Shown: piece after piece, positions 50,174 to 64,000 of the stretch
Layout: each line of letters begins with the position of its first letter
Position numbering within the stretch: position 1 is the first letter of the stretch
NCBI GenBank assembly: GCA_910578035.1
Contig: CAJTOB010000008.1
Span: 1,801 to 65,800, forward strand
DNA length: 64,000 nucleotides
Source: an uncultured Muribaculaceae bacterium
GTDB lineage: Bacteria > Bacteroidota > Bacteroidia > Bacteroidales > Muribaculaceae
Direction of reading: 5' to 3'
Translations under genes and position numbers: made by a program
Notes under the pieces: model-generated
Told to the model about the DNA's origin: nothing
Seen by the model: only the letters and a program-made list of their open reading frames with translations
Database searches by the model: none

Positions 50174-52125
50174 ATGAATAAACTGACAGCATTCTCAATC
50201 TTCGCCGCCATGGCGTTCACGGCATCGGCCAAAGACTATACGCTCAAATCGCCCTCCGGCAATATCGACGTGACTGTGTCGGTCGATGATTCGATACACT
50301 ACAGCGTGGCCCGCGACGGCCGCATAGCCGTGAAAAGTGTAGGCGTAGGCCTGCAGACCGCCGACAAGAATCTCGGCGTAAAACCCTCGGTGAGAAAAGC
50401 GCGCCGCAGCAGCGCCGACCGCATCATAAAGCCCGCAGTGCCTCTTAAACACTCTGAAATCGCCGACAAATACAATCAGCTTACCCTCGACTTCAAGGGC
50501 GGATACGGCCTCGAAATACGCGCCTACGACAACGGCGTGGCACACCGCCTTGTGACATCGCTCAAATCGGACTCTGTGAAGGTGGCTCATGAGAAATTCA
50601 ACGTCACACTTGCCGACGGCGCGCAGGCCCACCTGCAGCTGCCCGGCGGATTCAAAACCTCATACGAAGAGCCTTACACGCATAAGAAACTCGCCGACTG
50701 GACCGTAGCCGACCGCATGTCTACCCTCCCTGCCCTCTTCGAACTGCCCGACGGCACCGATGTGCTCGTATCGGAATGCGACGTCGAAGACTATCCCCAC
50801 ATGTTCCTCAAAGGCGACGGCAAAGGCGGCTTCTCGGCCACATACCCGAAAGTGCCCCTGCGCTTCGGCCCCGACGGCGACCGCAGTGTCAAGATTCTTG
50901 AAGAATCACCCTATACCGCCCACACAGTCGGCAAGCGCGCATACCCCTGGCGCTTCATGGCTGTAGGCACACCCGCAACCATCATCGAACAGACTTTCAC
51001 CACACAGCTCGCACAACCCCGCGCCTTCGACAACACATCGTGGATCAAGCCCGGATTCGTGAGCTGGGAATGGTGGAACGGCGCCACCCCTTACGGCCCC
51101 GACGTTGACTTCGAAGCCGGCTGCAACCTCGAGACATACAAATACTTTATCGACTTCGCCGCAAAATACGGCCTCGAATACATACTCATGGACGAAGGCT
51201 GGGCCAAAAGCACCCTCGACCCCTATACTCCCAACCCCGATGTAGACCTCATGGAAATCATACGCTATGGCAAGGAAAAAGGCGTAGGCGTGTTCCTGTG
51301 GCTCACATGGCTCGTGACCGAAAACAACTTCGACCTCTTCAAGAAGTTCAAAGACTGGGGTGTGGCCGGTGTGAAAATCGACTTCATGGACCGCAGCGAC
51401 CAGTGGATGGTGGATTTCTACGACCGCGTGTGCCGCGAAGCCGCCAAAAACGGCCTGATGGTAGACATGCACGGCTCCTTCAAGCCCGCAGGCCTGGAGC
51501 ACAAATACCCCAACCTGCTCTCTTACGAAGGTGTGCGCGGCATGGAGCAGATGGGTGGCTGCCGCCCCGAAAACTCTCTCTATCTGCCCTTCATGCGCAA
51601 CGCCGTAGGCCCGATGGACTATACCCCCGGCGCCATGATTTCAACCCAGCCCGAATGCTACGCCTCAAAGCGCCCCAACTCGGCATCTATCGGCACACGT
51701 GCTTATCAGACTGCCCTCTTCGTTATCTTCGAGAGCGGTATCCAGATGCTCGCCGACAACCCCACGCTCTACCTCCGGAACGACGACTGCACCGAGTTCC
51801 TCGCCGCAATACCCCAGACCTGGGATGAAACTCGCCTCATCGACGCCAAAATCGGCGACTATGTTGCCATTGCCAAGCGCAAGGGCAACAAGTGGTATGT
51901 AGGCGCCATCACCGGCGAGGGCGGCAAGTGGCGCACACTCGACCTGCCTCTGGATTTCCTCGACAATGGCCGCAAATACAAGGCTACATGGATTGAGGAC
52001 GGTATCAACGCCCCGACCCAGGCCATGGACTACCGCATCAAGAACGGCACTGTCGGCGCCGGCGACACATTCAAAGCCAAAATAGCCCGCAACGGCGGCA
52101 TCGCCCTCATAATCGAACCCGCAGA

Positions 52126-52129
<4 letters not shown>
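50174..52129 (+). CDS. GH97 glycosidase, retaining-type signature
   Basis: SWIKPG, YFIDFAA, GVKIDF, YEGVRGME, GPMDYTPG and WDET. Confidence 0.92.
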
Positions 52130-56323
<4,194 letters not shown>

Positions 56324-56324
<1 letters not shown>

Positions 56325-56414
56325 GTCGAAAGAGTATTAAGTTAAAAGAGTTAAGATAATAGCTCGGTCGCGCCCACTATTATCTTAACTCCATAAACTC
56401 ATTACTCCATAAAC
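56324..56414. repeat. Palindromic intergenic element
   Basis: GAGTTAAGATAATAG (56348-56362), 14-nt loop, CTATTATCTTAACTC (56377-56391), flanked by degenerate AACTC/GAGTT units. Confidence 0.85.
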
Positions 56415-56452
56415 CCGACATCTAAAGTAAAATAAACCCAAACTATCACTAT

Positions 56453-58606
56453 ATGAAAAAAGTTATTGCAATAATCTCTGCGGCGGCTCTGCTATGCGGC
56501 TGCGCCTCGGAGAAAAAGGAAAAGACACTTACTGACTATGTAAACCCGCTGCTGGGCACGGCCACCCTGTGGGAGACCGAAGACCTCGGCTATGAGCGCC
56601 ATCAGGAAAAGCGCACATGGGGCGCAGAGGCATTCCCCGGCGCCGCCCTGCCAAATGCAATGGTGCAGCTCACGCCCGTAACAATGTGGCGCGCCGGTGC
56701 CGGCTACCAGTATGAGGACACCACTATCCTCGGCTTCGCCCACACCGCAATGGGCCACTGGAACCTCATCGACCTGCCGATGATTCCCGTCACCGGCAAT
56801 GTCAACGCCGACAACTACGCCTCAGGCTATTCGCACACCAACGAATCGGCCCGCCCCGGCTACTATCAGGTGCATCTGAATAAATATGATGTTAACGCCG
56901 AGCTCACCAGCACCCTCCACGCCGGCTACCATAAATATACGTTCAAAGACGGCGACGCCAAGCGCCTGCTCGTCAACGTGGCCCACAACCAGCACAACGT
57001 GCGCGACTGGGAAGTAGACCAGGTTGCCGACAATGCTTTCGCCGGCCGCCAGGGCGGTCTCTACTACTACGCCGTCACCAACCTCCCTATCGATTCCATC
57101 GGCATCGTACAGAGCAAGGTCGAGAAAGGCGCGCCCGTAGCCATAGTAGACTTCAAGAACAATACCGGTAAAGAGCCTCTCGAAGTGAAAATCGGTCTGT
57201 CGTATGTCAGCACCGACAACGCCCGCCTCAATCTCGAGACAGAAATGCTTGCCAAGAACTTCGATCAGGTGCGTCAGGAAGCCGACGACACATGGAGCGC
57301 CCTTCTGGGCAAGGTGCAGGTTGAAGGCGGCACAGAGCGCCAGAAAGGCCTTCTCTACACCACCCTCTACCGCGCTTCGCTCATGCCCCGCCTCGAAAGC
57401 GACGTCAACGGCGAATACCGCGACAACCGCCGCGAAGTAGTCAAGGACTCGACTTTCCGCTACTACTCAAACCCCGCCTTCTGGGATGTGAGCCGCAACC
57501 AGCTCATTCTCCTCACAATGCTTCAGCCCGACGTTGCAAGCGACGTAATCAAATCTACCATCGACCGCGGCGAAAAGGGCAGCGGCTACATTCCCTCGTA
57601 CTTCCACGGCGACCACGCCCCGACATTTGTCATCGGCACATGGAAGCGCGGCGTGCAGGACTTCGACCTCAGCCGTGCCTACGCCCTCGCACTCAAGAGC
57701 GCCACTGTGCCCGGTCGCGGCGGCCGCGCATGGATGGAAGAATACCTCGCCAACGGCTATGTGGCCGACGAGAACGCCCCCGACTGCCCCTTCTGGGACG
57801 AAAAGAAAGGCGGCGTCACCAAGACCCTCGAATATGCCTACGACGACTACGCCGTAGCCCAGATTGCCAAGGAACTCGGCGATTCAACCAACTACAACAT
57901 GCTCATGGAGCACAGCAAGAACTATAAGAACGTGTTCAACCCCGAGACAGGCTTCTTCCAGGGCCGTATCGACGGCGGAGCATGGCTCGAGCCCTACAAC
58001 CCCGACCTACCCTACTATCAGCACATGTACCGCGAGGCAAACGGCTGGAACTCACTCTTCTATGCTCCCCACGACCCCGAAGGCATGATTGCCCTCTACT
58101 CTTCGCCCGACAAGGTAGAAGCGCTGCTCGACACAATGCTCGTGCGCCCCTACTGCGGCCTCGAAGTGGCTAACCTCACCGGCTTCATCGGCAACTACTG
58201 CCACGGCAACCAGCCCGGCCACAACATTCCATACACCTACTACTTCATCGGCAAGCAGGAGAAATCGCAGGAGCTCATCAACCGTATCCTCGACCGCTTC
58301 TACGACATGGGCGCCGAAGGCCTCGCCTACGCCGGCATGGACGACGCCGGCGAAATGTCGGCATGGTATGCCCTCAACGCCCTCGGTCTCTACACCTACT
58401 CGCCCGCCGACCCCGAATATATCGTATCGGTGCCCCTCTTCGATAAAGCCACCATCGCCCTCGGAGAGAAGCCTGCCACTATCACCAAGACCGGAAATGG
58501 CAACAAGATTAAAGAAATCAAAGTAGGCGACAAGACCCTCGACGGCTACTTCATCGACCACGCCGACCTTGCCGCCGGCGCGCCCGTGACAATCGTCACC
58601 GAATAA
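56453..58606 (+). CDS. GH92 alpha-mannosidase-family lipoprotein from a divergent subgroup
   Basis: Lipobox LCGC; ARPGYY, KTLEYAYDD, YREAN, HGNQP and GMDDAGEMSAW. Confidence 0.9.
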   Translation: MKKVIAIISAAALLCGCASEKKEKTLTDYVNPLLGTATLWETEDLGYERHQEKRTWGAEAFPGAALPNAMVQLTPVTMWRAGAGYQYEDTTILGFAHTAMGHWNLIDLPMIPVTGNVNADNYASGYSHTNESARPGYYQVHLNKYDVNAELTSTLHAGYHKYTFKDGDAKRLLVNVAHNQHNVRDWEVDQVADNAFAGRQGGLYYYAVTNLPIDSIGIVQSKVEKGAPVAIVDFKNNTGKEPLEVKIGLSYVSTDNARLNLETEMLAKNFDQVRQEADDTWSALLGKVQVEGGTERQKGLLYTTLYRASLMPRLESDVNGEYRDNRREVVKDSTFRYYSNPAFWDVSRNQLILLTMLQPDVASDVIKSTIDRGEKGSGYIPSYFHGDHAPTFVIGTWKRGVQDFDLSRAYALALKSATVPGRGGRAWMEEYLANGYVADENAPDCPFWDEKKGGVTKTLEYAYDDYAVAQIAKELGDSTNYNMLMEHSKNYKNVFNPETGFFQGRIDGGAWLEPYNPDLPYYQHMYREANGWNSLFYAPHDPEGMIALYSSPDKVEALLDTMLVRPYCGLEVANLTGFIGNYCHGNQPGHNIPYTYYFIGKQEKSQELINRILDRFYDMGAEGLAYAGMDDAGEMSAWYALNALGLYTYSPADPEYIVSVPLFDKATIALGEKPATITKTGNGNKIKEIKVGDKTLDGYFIDHADLAAGAPVTIVTE

Positions 58607-58630
58607 GAACATACCTCAATCCATACCCCG

Positions 58631-58669
58631 AATCCCGGAGGGCGGCCACACCGCTCCCCGGGATTTTTT
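58631..58669 (+). terminator. Intrinsic terminator after GH92
   Basis: AATCCCGGAGGGCGG-CCACA-CCGCTCCCCGGGATT followed by a T run. Confidence 0.8.
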
Positions 58670-59191
58670 GTTTGCTATACCTAACAAAAATCCGATTTTC
58701 CCATTTTTGTTTGGTATACCTTATATGCCGAGACTGTCAAAAGAAAGTAGGGGCTGAAGAACGGTGGAGTGACAAAAATGGCGCTCCCGGACACATTTTT
58801 TCACATGGCGATACATATTTTTGCAAGTGTAGACCGTCTTTTCCTCTGCCAGCCGGCCAAGGGCCGACAAGGAAAACTTAGCCGGCGGAAGGAGCCCGAC
58901 AAAGGGCTGGGAACGAGTGTAATCTTTACACTTTTTAGGCTTCGCAGAGGGATTTAACACATGTGTATAACCATTTTTAACACTAAAATATGTAACTTCG
59001 ACCTGCGAAATGTGGCAAAATCCGGCCAATATTGGGCTTTTCAGGGCTCTGTACGCAGGAAAAGACATATTTGTCATAATCCGACACACTTTTTTATAGA
59101 ATATATCGGAATTTTGCCGTGCATTAAGTTGCGAAAACACAACGACCGAAAATAAATCTATCCAATAATTATCACTAAAAATCTAATTCGA

Positions 59192-62100
59192 ATGAAGAAA
59201 TCGAGACCTAAGAGATTATGGTTCGCTTTAGGAGGATTTCTTGCAGTGGCAGCCATCGCCGGTTCGCCTCAGCAAGCATTCGCCGAGCCACAATCGACGG
59301 GCGTCAATCAAGAGGCGACCGTGACGGTAAAAGGTACTGTCTTCGATGAAAACGACGAGCCCGTGATCGGTGCCAGCGTCGTGGTCAAAGGTTCAAAAGC
59401 ATCAGCCGTAACCGACATCGACGGCAATTTCTCTATCAGATGTAAGAAATCCGACCGGCTTGTAATATCGTATGTCGGATATAATCCTCTCGAGATTTCG
59501 GCTTCCGCCAATCTGAGCGACATCAAACTCCAGGCCAAATCCGAGCTTCTCGATGACGTGGTTGTCATCGGTTATGGTACTACCACCCGCCGCGCTGCCG
59601 TAGGCGCTGTCGACCAGGTGAAAGGCGAAAAGATTGCCGAACGCCCCGTTCTGAACATGACCCAGGCCATGCAGGGTGCTGCGCCTAACGTCATCATCCA
59701 GTCGAACTCGTATGACCCCAACAACCAGAGCACAACCTTCAACGTGCGTGGTGTGACTTCGACAACCAGCTCCTCGCCTCTGTTCGTCATCGACGGTGTC
59801 GTAGCCGACGACGGCGCTTTCAACCGACTCAACCCCAACGACGTAGAAAATATCTCCGTGCTCAAGGATGCCGGCGCGGCTGCAATCTACGGTTCGCGTT
59901 CGGCAGCCGGCGTTATTCTGGTGACAACCAAGGGCGGTAAGAAAGACACTCCCGCCACTGTCACTTTCAGCGCCAATGTAGGCTGGCAGGACCCCTACTA
60001 TCCCTTCGACACTGTAGACGGCTATCAGAACGCCACTCTCTACAACCAGGCTCTCATCAACTCGGGCCTGGCTCCAAAGTTCACCCCCGAGGAAATCCAG
60101 GACCTCTACAACCACCGCGCCGAAGAAGTATGGGCTGTAGACGAAATCAGCAAGACCGCACTCCAGCAGAAATATAATGTGATGGTGCAGGGCGGCAGCA
60201 AGAACACCACATACATGTTCTCGCTCGGCTACTACAACCAGGCAAGTAACCTTGTGGGCAAGAACAACCAGGGTATTCAGCGCTACAACATGCGTATGAA
60301 CATCGGCACCGACATCGGCCGCTTCCACATCGGTGCCATCATGCAGTATACCCGCAACAACTCGATGATGTCGTCGGCATATCTCTTCAACGTGTATGCA
60401 GACTCGCGTCGTACGCCCAAGTACTACTACAACAACACCACGATGAAAGACGGCCTGTATGTGTACAACACCTACGGCGGTTCGCCCGTGGGCGCGCTCA
60501 ATACTCCGGGCTATAACAAGTATCGCAACAACGACTTCAGCGGCACCATCAACGCCGACTTCAAGATTATCGAAGGTCTTAAACTCCGCGGTGTGTTCGG
60601 CGCCAACGTCAACAACCAGGCCCGCTCGACCCGCAATATTCCTGTAGAGCACTACAGCCCCTCAGGCGAACTCCAGACCGTATCGCCCAAGGACTACAGC
60701 GCAGGCAACTGGAACTACGACTCCTATCGCCTGAATTCGCAGCTCCTTCTCGACTTCAACCGCACATTCAAAGACATCCACACCGTAAACGCCATGTTCG
60801 GTTTCACCAACGAATCGTGGACCGGCTCGGGCAATGAAGTATCGCAGGGTTACATCGACCCCGACCTCGGCACTCCCTCGGAAGACACGACCACTGAGAA
60901 CGATGCTTTCGGCGGCCATACTTATCTCAACGACCGCGGTCGTACTTCTATCAACTCGCTCATCGGACGTGTCGGCTACAACTATGCTGATAAGTATCTG
61001 GCTGAATTTACATTCCGCTACGACGGTTCGAGCAAGTTCCACAAAGACCACCGCTGGGGCTTCTTCCCCTCCGCATCACTCGGCTGGCGTGCCACCGAAG
61101 AAGAATTCCTCACCCGCTACCGCGAAAACATAGGCGACCTCAAGCTCCGCCTCTCGTGGGGTATCCTCGGTAACCAGGCAGTAGGCGATTTCGACCGCTT
61201 CACAACCTATCAGCTATACAAGGACGGTCTCGTGTTCAACAATCAGGGCGTAGGCTGGGCCGGCTTCAACTCTGGCCAGGACGACCTCACATGGGAAAAG
61301 ACCAAGACCTACAACATCGGTGTTGACGCCACATTCTTCAAAGGCGCCCTCCAGTTCTCTATCGACGGCTTCTACAAGCGCACCACCGATATCCTACAGA
61401 CTCCCCGCTATCCCGGTATCTTCGGCACATCGGTGCCCCGCGCCAACATCGGCGAAATGAGCAACCGCGGCTGGGAACTCTCTATCCAATACTATCTCCG
61501 CACAGGCGAATTCAACCACAATTTCAGCCTCAACCTCGGCGACACACAGAACAAGCTTCTCAAATATCCCGGCCACGAATCAATCAGCGGCATGGACGGT
61601 CTAAGCTCGCTCCGCCGCGAAGGTCTGCCTCTGATGAGCTACTTCGGTCTCCAGGCCGACGGCCTCTTCCAGAGCTATGAGGAAATCGAAAGCTCCGCTA
61701 CTGTTCCCGGCGTAACAGTACACCCCGGCGACGTGAAGTACGTCGACCAGAACGGCGACGGTGTGATCGACAACAACGACCGCGTTGTCCTCGGCAACCC
61801 CTTCCCCCGCTACACATTCGGCTTCAACTACGGCCTCACATGGCGCGGATTCGACTTCTCGATGTTCTGGCAGGGTGTAGGCAAGCGCTCGCAGTATGTG
61901 CGCGGTGAAATGCTCGAACCTTTCCACGCCAACTACTCGTGGATTATCTACAAGCATCAGCTCGACTTCTGGACTCCCACCAACACAGACGCCGAATATC
62001 CCCGTCTGTCGGCTTCGGGCTCGAGCTCGTACACCAACAACTACAAGGGCAGCTCGCTCAACGTTCACAACGGCGCATATGCCCGTCTGAAGAACCTCAC

Positions 62101-62329
62101 CCTGGGCTACAGCCTCCCCAACAAGGTTATCCGCACTCTGGGCATGAGCAAGTGCCGCTTCTATGTGACAGGCGAAAACCTCTGGACAATCTGCAACAAG
62201 TCGTGGATCGACCCCGAAGTATCTAACGTATCGTCGACCGGCGGCGAAGGCGACACAAGCGCCGGACGCTACTACCGCTCATATCCTTCTCTCCGCTACT
62301 ACGGTGTCGGTATTGATGTAACCTTCTAA
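59192..62329 (+). CDS. SusC/RagA-family TonB-dependent transporter
   Basis: EPVIGASV, ENISVLKDAGAAAIYGSRSAAGVILVT, RYDGSSKF, LTWE and C-terminal GIDVTF. Confidence 0.96.
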   Translation: MKKSRPKRLWFALGGFLAVAAIAGSPQQAFAEPQSTGVNQEATVTVKGTVFDENDEPVIGASVVVKGSKASAVTDIDGNFSIRCKKSDRLVISYVGYNPLEISASANLSDIKLQAKSELLDDVVVIGYGTTTRRAAVGAVDQVKGEKIAERPVLNMTQAMQGAAPNVIIQSNSYDPNNQSTTFNVRGVTSTTSSSPLFVIDGVVADDGAFNRLNPNDVENISVLKDAGAAAIYGSRSAAGVILVTTKGGKKDTPATVTFSANVGWQDPYYPFDTVDGYQNATLYNQALINSGLAPKFTPEEIQDLYNHRAEEVWAVDEISKTALQQKYNVMVQGGSKNTTYMFSLGYYNQASNLVGKNNQGIQRYNMRMNIGTDIGRFHIGAIMQYTRNNSMMSSAYLFNVYADSRRTPKYYYNNTTMKDGLYVYNTYGGSPVGALNTPGYNKYRNNDFSGTINADFKIIEGLKLRGVFGANVNNQARSTRNIPVEHYSPSGELQTVSPKDYSAGNWNYDSYRLNSQLLLDFNRTFKDIHTVNAMFGFTNESWTGSGNEVSQGYIDPDLGTPSEDTTTENDAFGGHTYLNDRGRTSINSLIGRVGYNYADKYLAEFTFRYDGSSKFHKDHRWGFFPSASLGWRATEEEFLTRYRENIGDLKLRLSWGILGNQAVGDFDRFTTYQLYKDGLVFNNQGVGWAGFNSGQDDLTWEKTKTYNIGVDATFFKGALQFSIDGFYKRTTDILQTPRYPGIFGTSVPRANIGEMSNRGWELSIQYYLRTGEFNHNFSLNLGDTQNKLLKYPGHESISGMDGLSSLRREGLPLMSYFGLQADGLFQSYEEIESSATVPGVTVHPGDVKYVDQNGDGVIDNNDRVVLGNPFPRYTFGFNYGLTWRGFDFSMFWQGVGKRSQYVRGEMLEPFHANYSWIIYKHQLDFWTPTNTDAEYPRLSASGSSSYTNNYKGSSLNVHNGAYARLKNLTLGYSLPNKVIRTLGMSKCRFYVTGENLWTICNKSWIDPEVSNVSSTGGEGDTSAGRYYRSYPSLRYYGVGIDVTF

Positions 62330-62343
62330 ATCGTATCTGAACA

Positions 62344-63945
62344 ATGAAACTTCTCAAAATAATGGCGGCAGGCGCAATTCTCGCCAGTGGTGTGGCCCTC
62401 TCGGGCTGTAACGACCTCGAACAGCCGCCGAGCAACCAATATACAAACGCCAACTTCTGGACCAAGAAGAATGTGGCTCTGCTGGTAAACACAGCCTATA
62501 CCCAGCTCTACAGCGCCGGAACAATGTGGGGCGACGAAGAACTCGCCGACAACCTCTACAACGGCTACCGCGCCGAAGACCGTCACCTGATACGCCGCGG
62601 CATCGCAACCTCATCTACCGGCACTTTCGGCTGGAACGGATGGTGGGGTGGCATACGCTCTTGCCACACTTTCCTTGAAAACTGCCAGGCAGTAGACGGT
62701 GTGGACGAAGAAGTAGTGCTGCGACTCAAGGCCGAGGCCCGCTGCATCCGCGACTTCATCTACTTCCGCCTCACAAACCTCTACGGCGACATTCCCTTCT
62801 TCATGGAGAACCCGAGCCTCGAATATGCAAGCACTCTCAAGCGCACTCCACGCGCCGAGGTTATCAAGACCATCACCGAAGACCTCGAGGACCTCATCTC
62901 CGATCTGCCCAAGAAAGAAGAACTTCCTGTAGACGAACGCGGACGCCTCACTCAGGCTGCCGCCGCAATGCTCCGCGCCCGCATCGCCCTCATGGACAGC
63001 GACTGGGCTACCGTAGCAAGCTGGACCAAGCGCATCATAGACGGCGAATTCGGAGCCTATGAGCTCTTCCCCACCTACGACGGTCTCTTCGCCGAAGAAA
63101 ATGAATATAACGACGAAGTAATCCTCGACATGGGCTATGTACAGGGCGTTAAGACCTGGGGCGAAATCACAAACATGAAGCCCTCGTCGCTCCGCTCGAA
63201 CTACGTCACATGGACTCCGACCCAGAGCCTGGTAGACAGCTACCTCACTCTCGGCGGCTACACCATCGACGAGCCCGGCACCGACTACGACAAAGACAAT
63301 CCTTACGACAACCGCGACCCCCGTATGGACGCCACCGTAATCCACGACAAGTCTGTGCTTTACGACCCCGTAACAGGTCTGACCCACACCATCTATATCG
63401 ACCCCAAATCTAAAGTTACGGCCGATAACGTTGGTTCTGGCGCCGGCCTCGACCAGACTGTGACCGGTTACTATACCCGCAAGTGGTTCTCGCCCATCAA
63501 AGACAACAACAGCTATGCCTCAGGCCTCAACATCATCATAATGCGACTTGGCGACGTACTCCTGATGTACGCCGAAGCCATGAACGAGCTCGGCCAGATG
63601 AACTCTACCGTATGGGATCAGACTATCGGCGCCCTCCGCAAGCGCGCAGGCTTCACCGCCGAAAAAGCCCTTAAGATGCCTGCAGGCGACCTCCGCCAGA
63701 TTATCCGCAACGAGCGCCGTGTTGAGACTGCTCTCGAAGGCCTCCGCTGGTGGGATATCAAGCGCTGGAAAGCCGGTATGGAATACCTCAACGGTCCCGT
63801 GAAAGGCTGCACATTCGTAGGCGGCGACGCTGTTCTCGATACATATGTATTCGACGAAAACCGCGACTACCTGTGGGCTGTACCCCAGAGCGAAATCGAC
63901 TTCAACCCCAACCTCAAACCTCAGAACCCCGGCTACGGAGCATAA
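62344..63945 (+). CDS. SusD/RagB-family lipoprotein
   Basis: Lipobox LSGC; YGDIPF, RLGDVLLMYAEA, ERRVETALEGLRWWDIKRW and QNPGY. Confidence 0.95.
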   Translation: MKLLKIMAAGAILASGVALSGCNDLEQPPSNQYTNANFWTKKNVALLVNTAYTQLYSAGTMWGDEELADNLYNGYRAEDRHLIRRGIATSSTGTFGWNGWWGGIRSCHTFLENCQAVDGVDEEVVLRLKAEARCIRDFIYFRLTNLYGDIPFFMENPSLEYASTLKRTPRAEVIKTITEDLEDLISDLPKKEELPVDERGRLTQAAAAMLRARIALMDSDWATVASWTKRIIDGEFGAYELFPTYDGLFAEENEYNDEVILDMGYVQGVKTWGEITNMKPSSLRSNYVTWTPTQSLVDSYLTLGGYTIDEPGTDYDKDNPYDNRDPRMDATVIHDKSVLYDPVTGLTHTIYIDPKSKVTADNVGSGAGLDQTVTGYYTRKWFSPIKDNNSYASGLNIIIMRLGDVLLMYAEAMNELGQMNSTVWDQTIGALRKRAGFTAEKALKMPAGDLRQIIRNERRVETALEGLRWWDIKRWKAGMEYLNGPVKGCTFVGGDAVLDTYVFDENRDYLWAVPQSEIDFNPNLKPQNPGYGA

Positions 63946-63959
63946 TCCGACTCCTTTAA

Positions 63960-64000
63960 GCGGTTAGGCTGACAGGCTTTTGAGCTCAAGCTGACAAGCC
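63960..64000. repeat. Degenerate 8-bp repeat run like the one at 12256 (may continue past the window end)
   Basis: GCGGTTAG GCTGACAG GCTTTTGA GCTCAA GCTGACAA. Confidence 0.7.

Noticed and set aside
59013..59117. Invertible promoter bounded by GGCAAAATCCG / CGGAATTTTGCC
   Set aside because: The inverted repeat is short and imperfect, no clear promoter lies between the arms, and no recombinase is nearby.
58672..59155. Small ORFs or a riboswitch upstream of the second susC
   Set aside because: The ORFs are AT-rich and atypical; no riboswitch consensus (TPP, cobalamin or other) was recognised by eye.

Overview
GC-rich Bacteroidales DNA, most likely Muribaculaceae-like, judged from TAnnTTTG promoters, SusC/SusD pairs, an HTCS and a T9SS C-terminal domain. 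Bases 1-13.5 kb are mostly housekeeping: an arginine operon (argG partial, argC, argD, argF', argB, argE, argH), an unknown secreted protein, lysS, gpsA, rlmN and pdxA. A 1484-aa T9SS-secreted adhesin-like protein follows. From 18.3 kb to the window end lies a polysaccharide utilisation locus of at least 45 kb. It encodes an HTCS, GH125, two GH2 (one resembling beta-galactofuranosidases), GH78, GH38, two GH92, GH31, GH3, a GH127/146-like enzyme, GH97, two esterases, an aldo-keto reductase and two SusC/SusD pairs. This enzyme set points, by inference, to a fungal or microbial glucosylated galactomannan or mannoprotein rather than a plant glycan. The most notable unannotated signals are: a structured ~160-nt candidate sRNA divergent from the HTCS; motifs shared between the locus promoters; a C12 tract and overlapping promoters before a lower-GC susCD pair; a lone low-GC KilA-N gene; and dispersed short intergenic repeats and palindromes. 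No rRNA, tRNA, CRISPR array or transposase was recognised. All family calls come from motif recognition by eye, not database searches.
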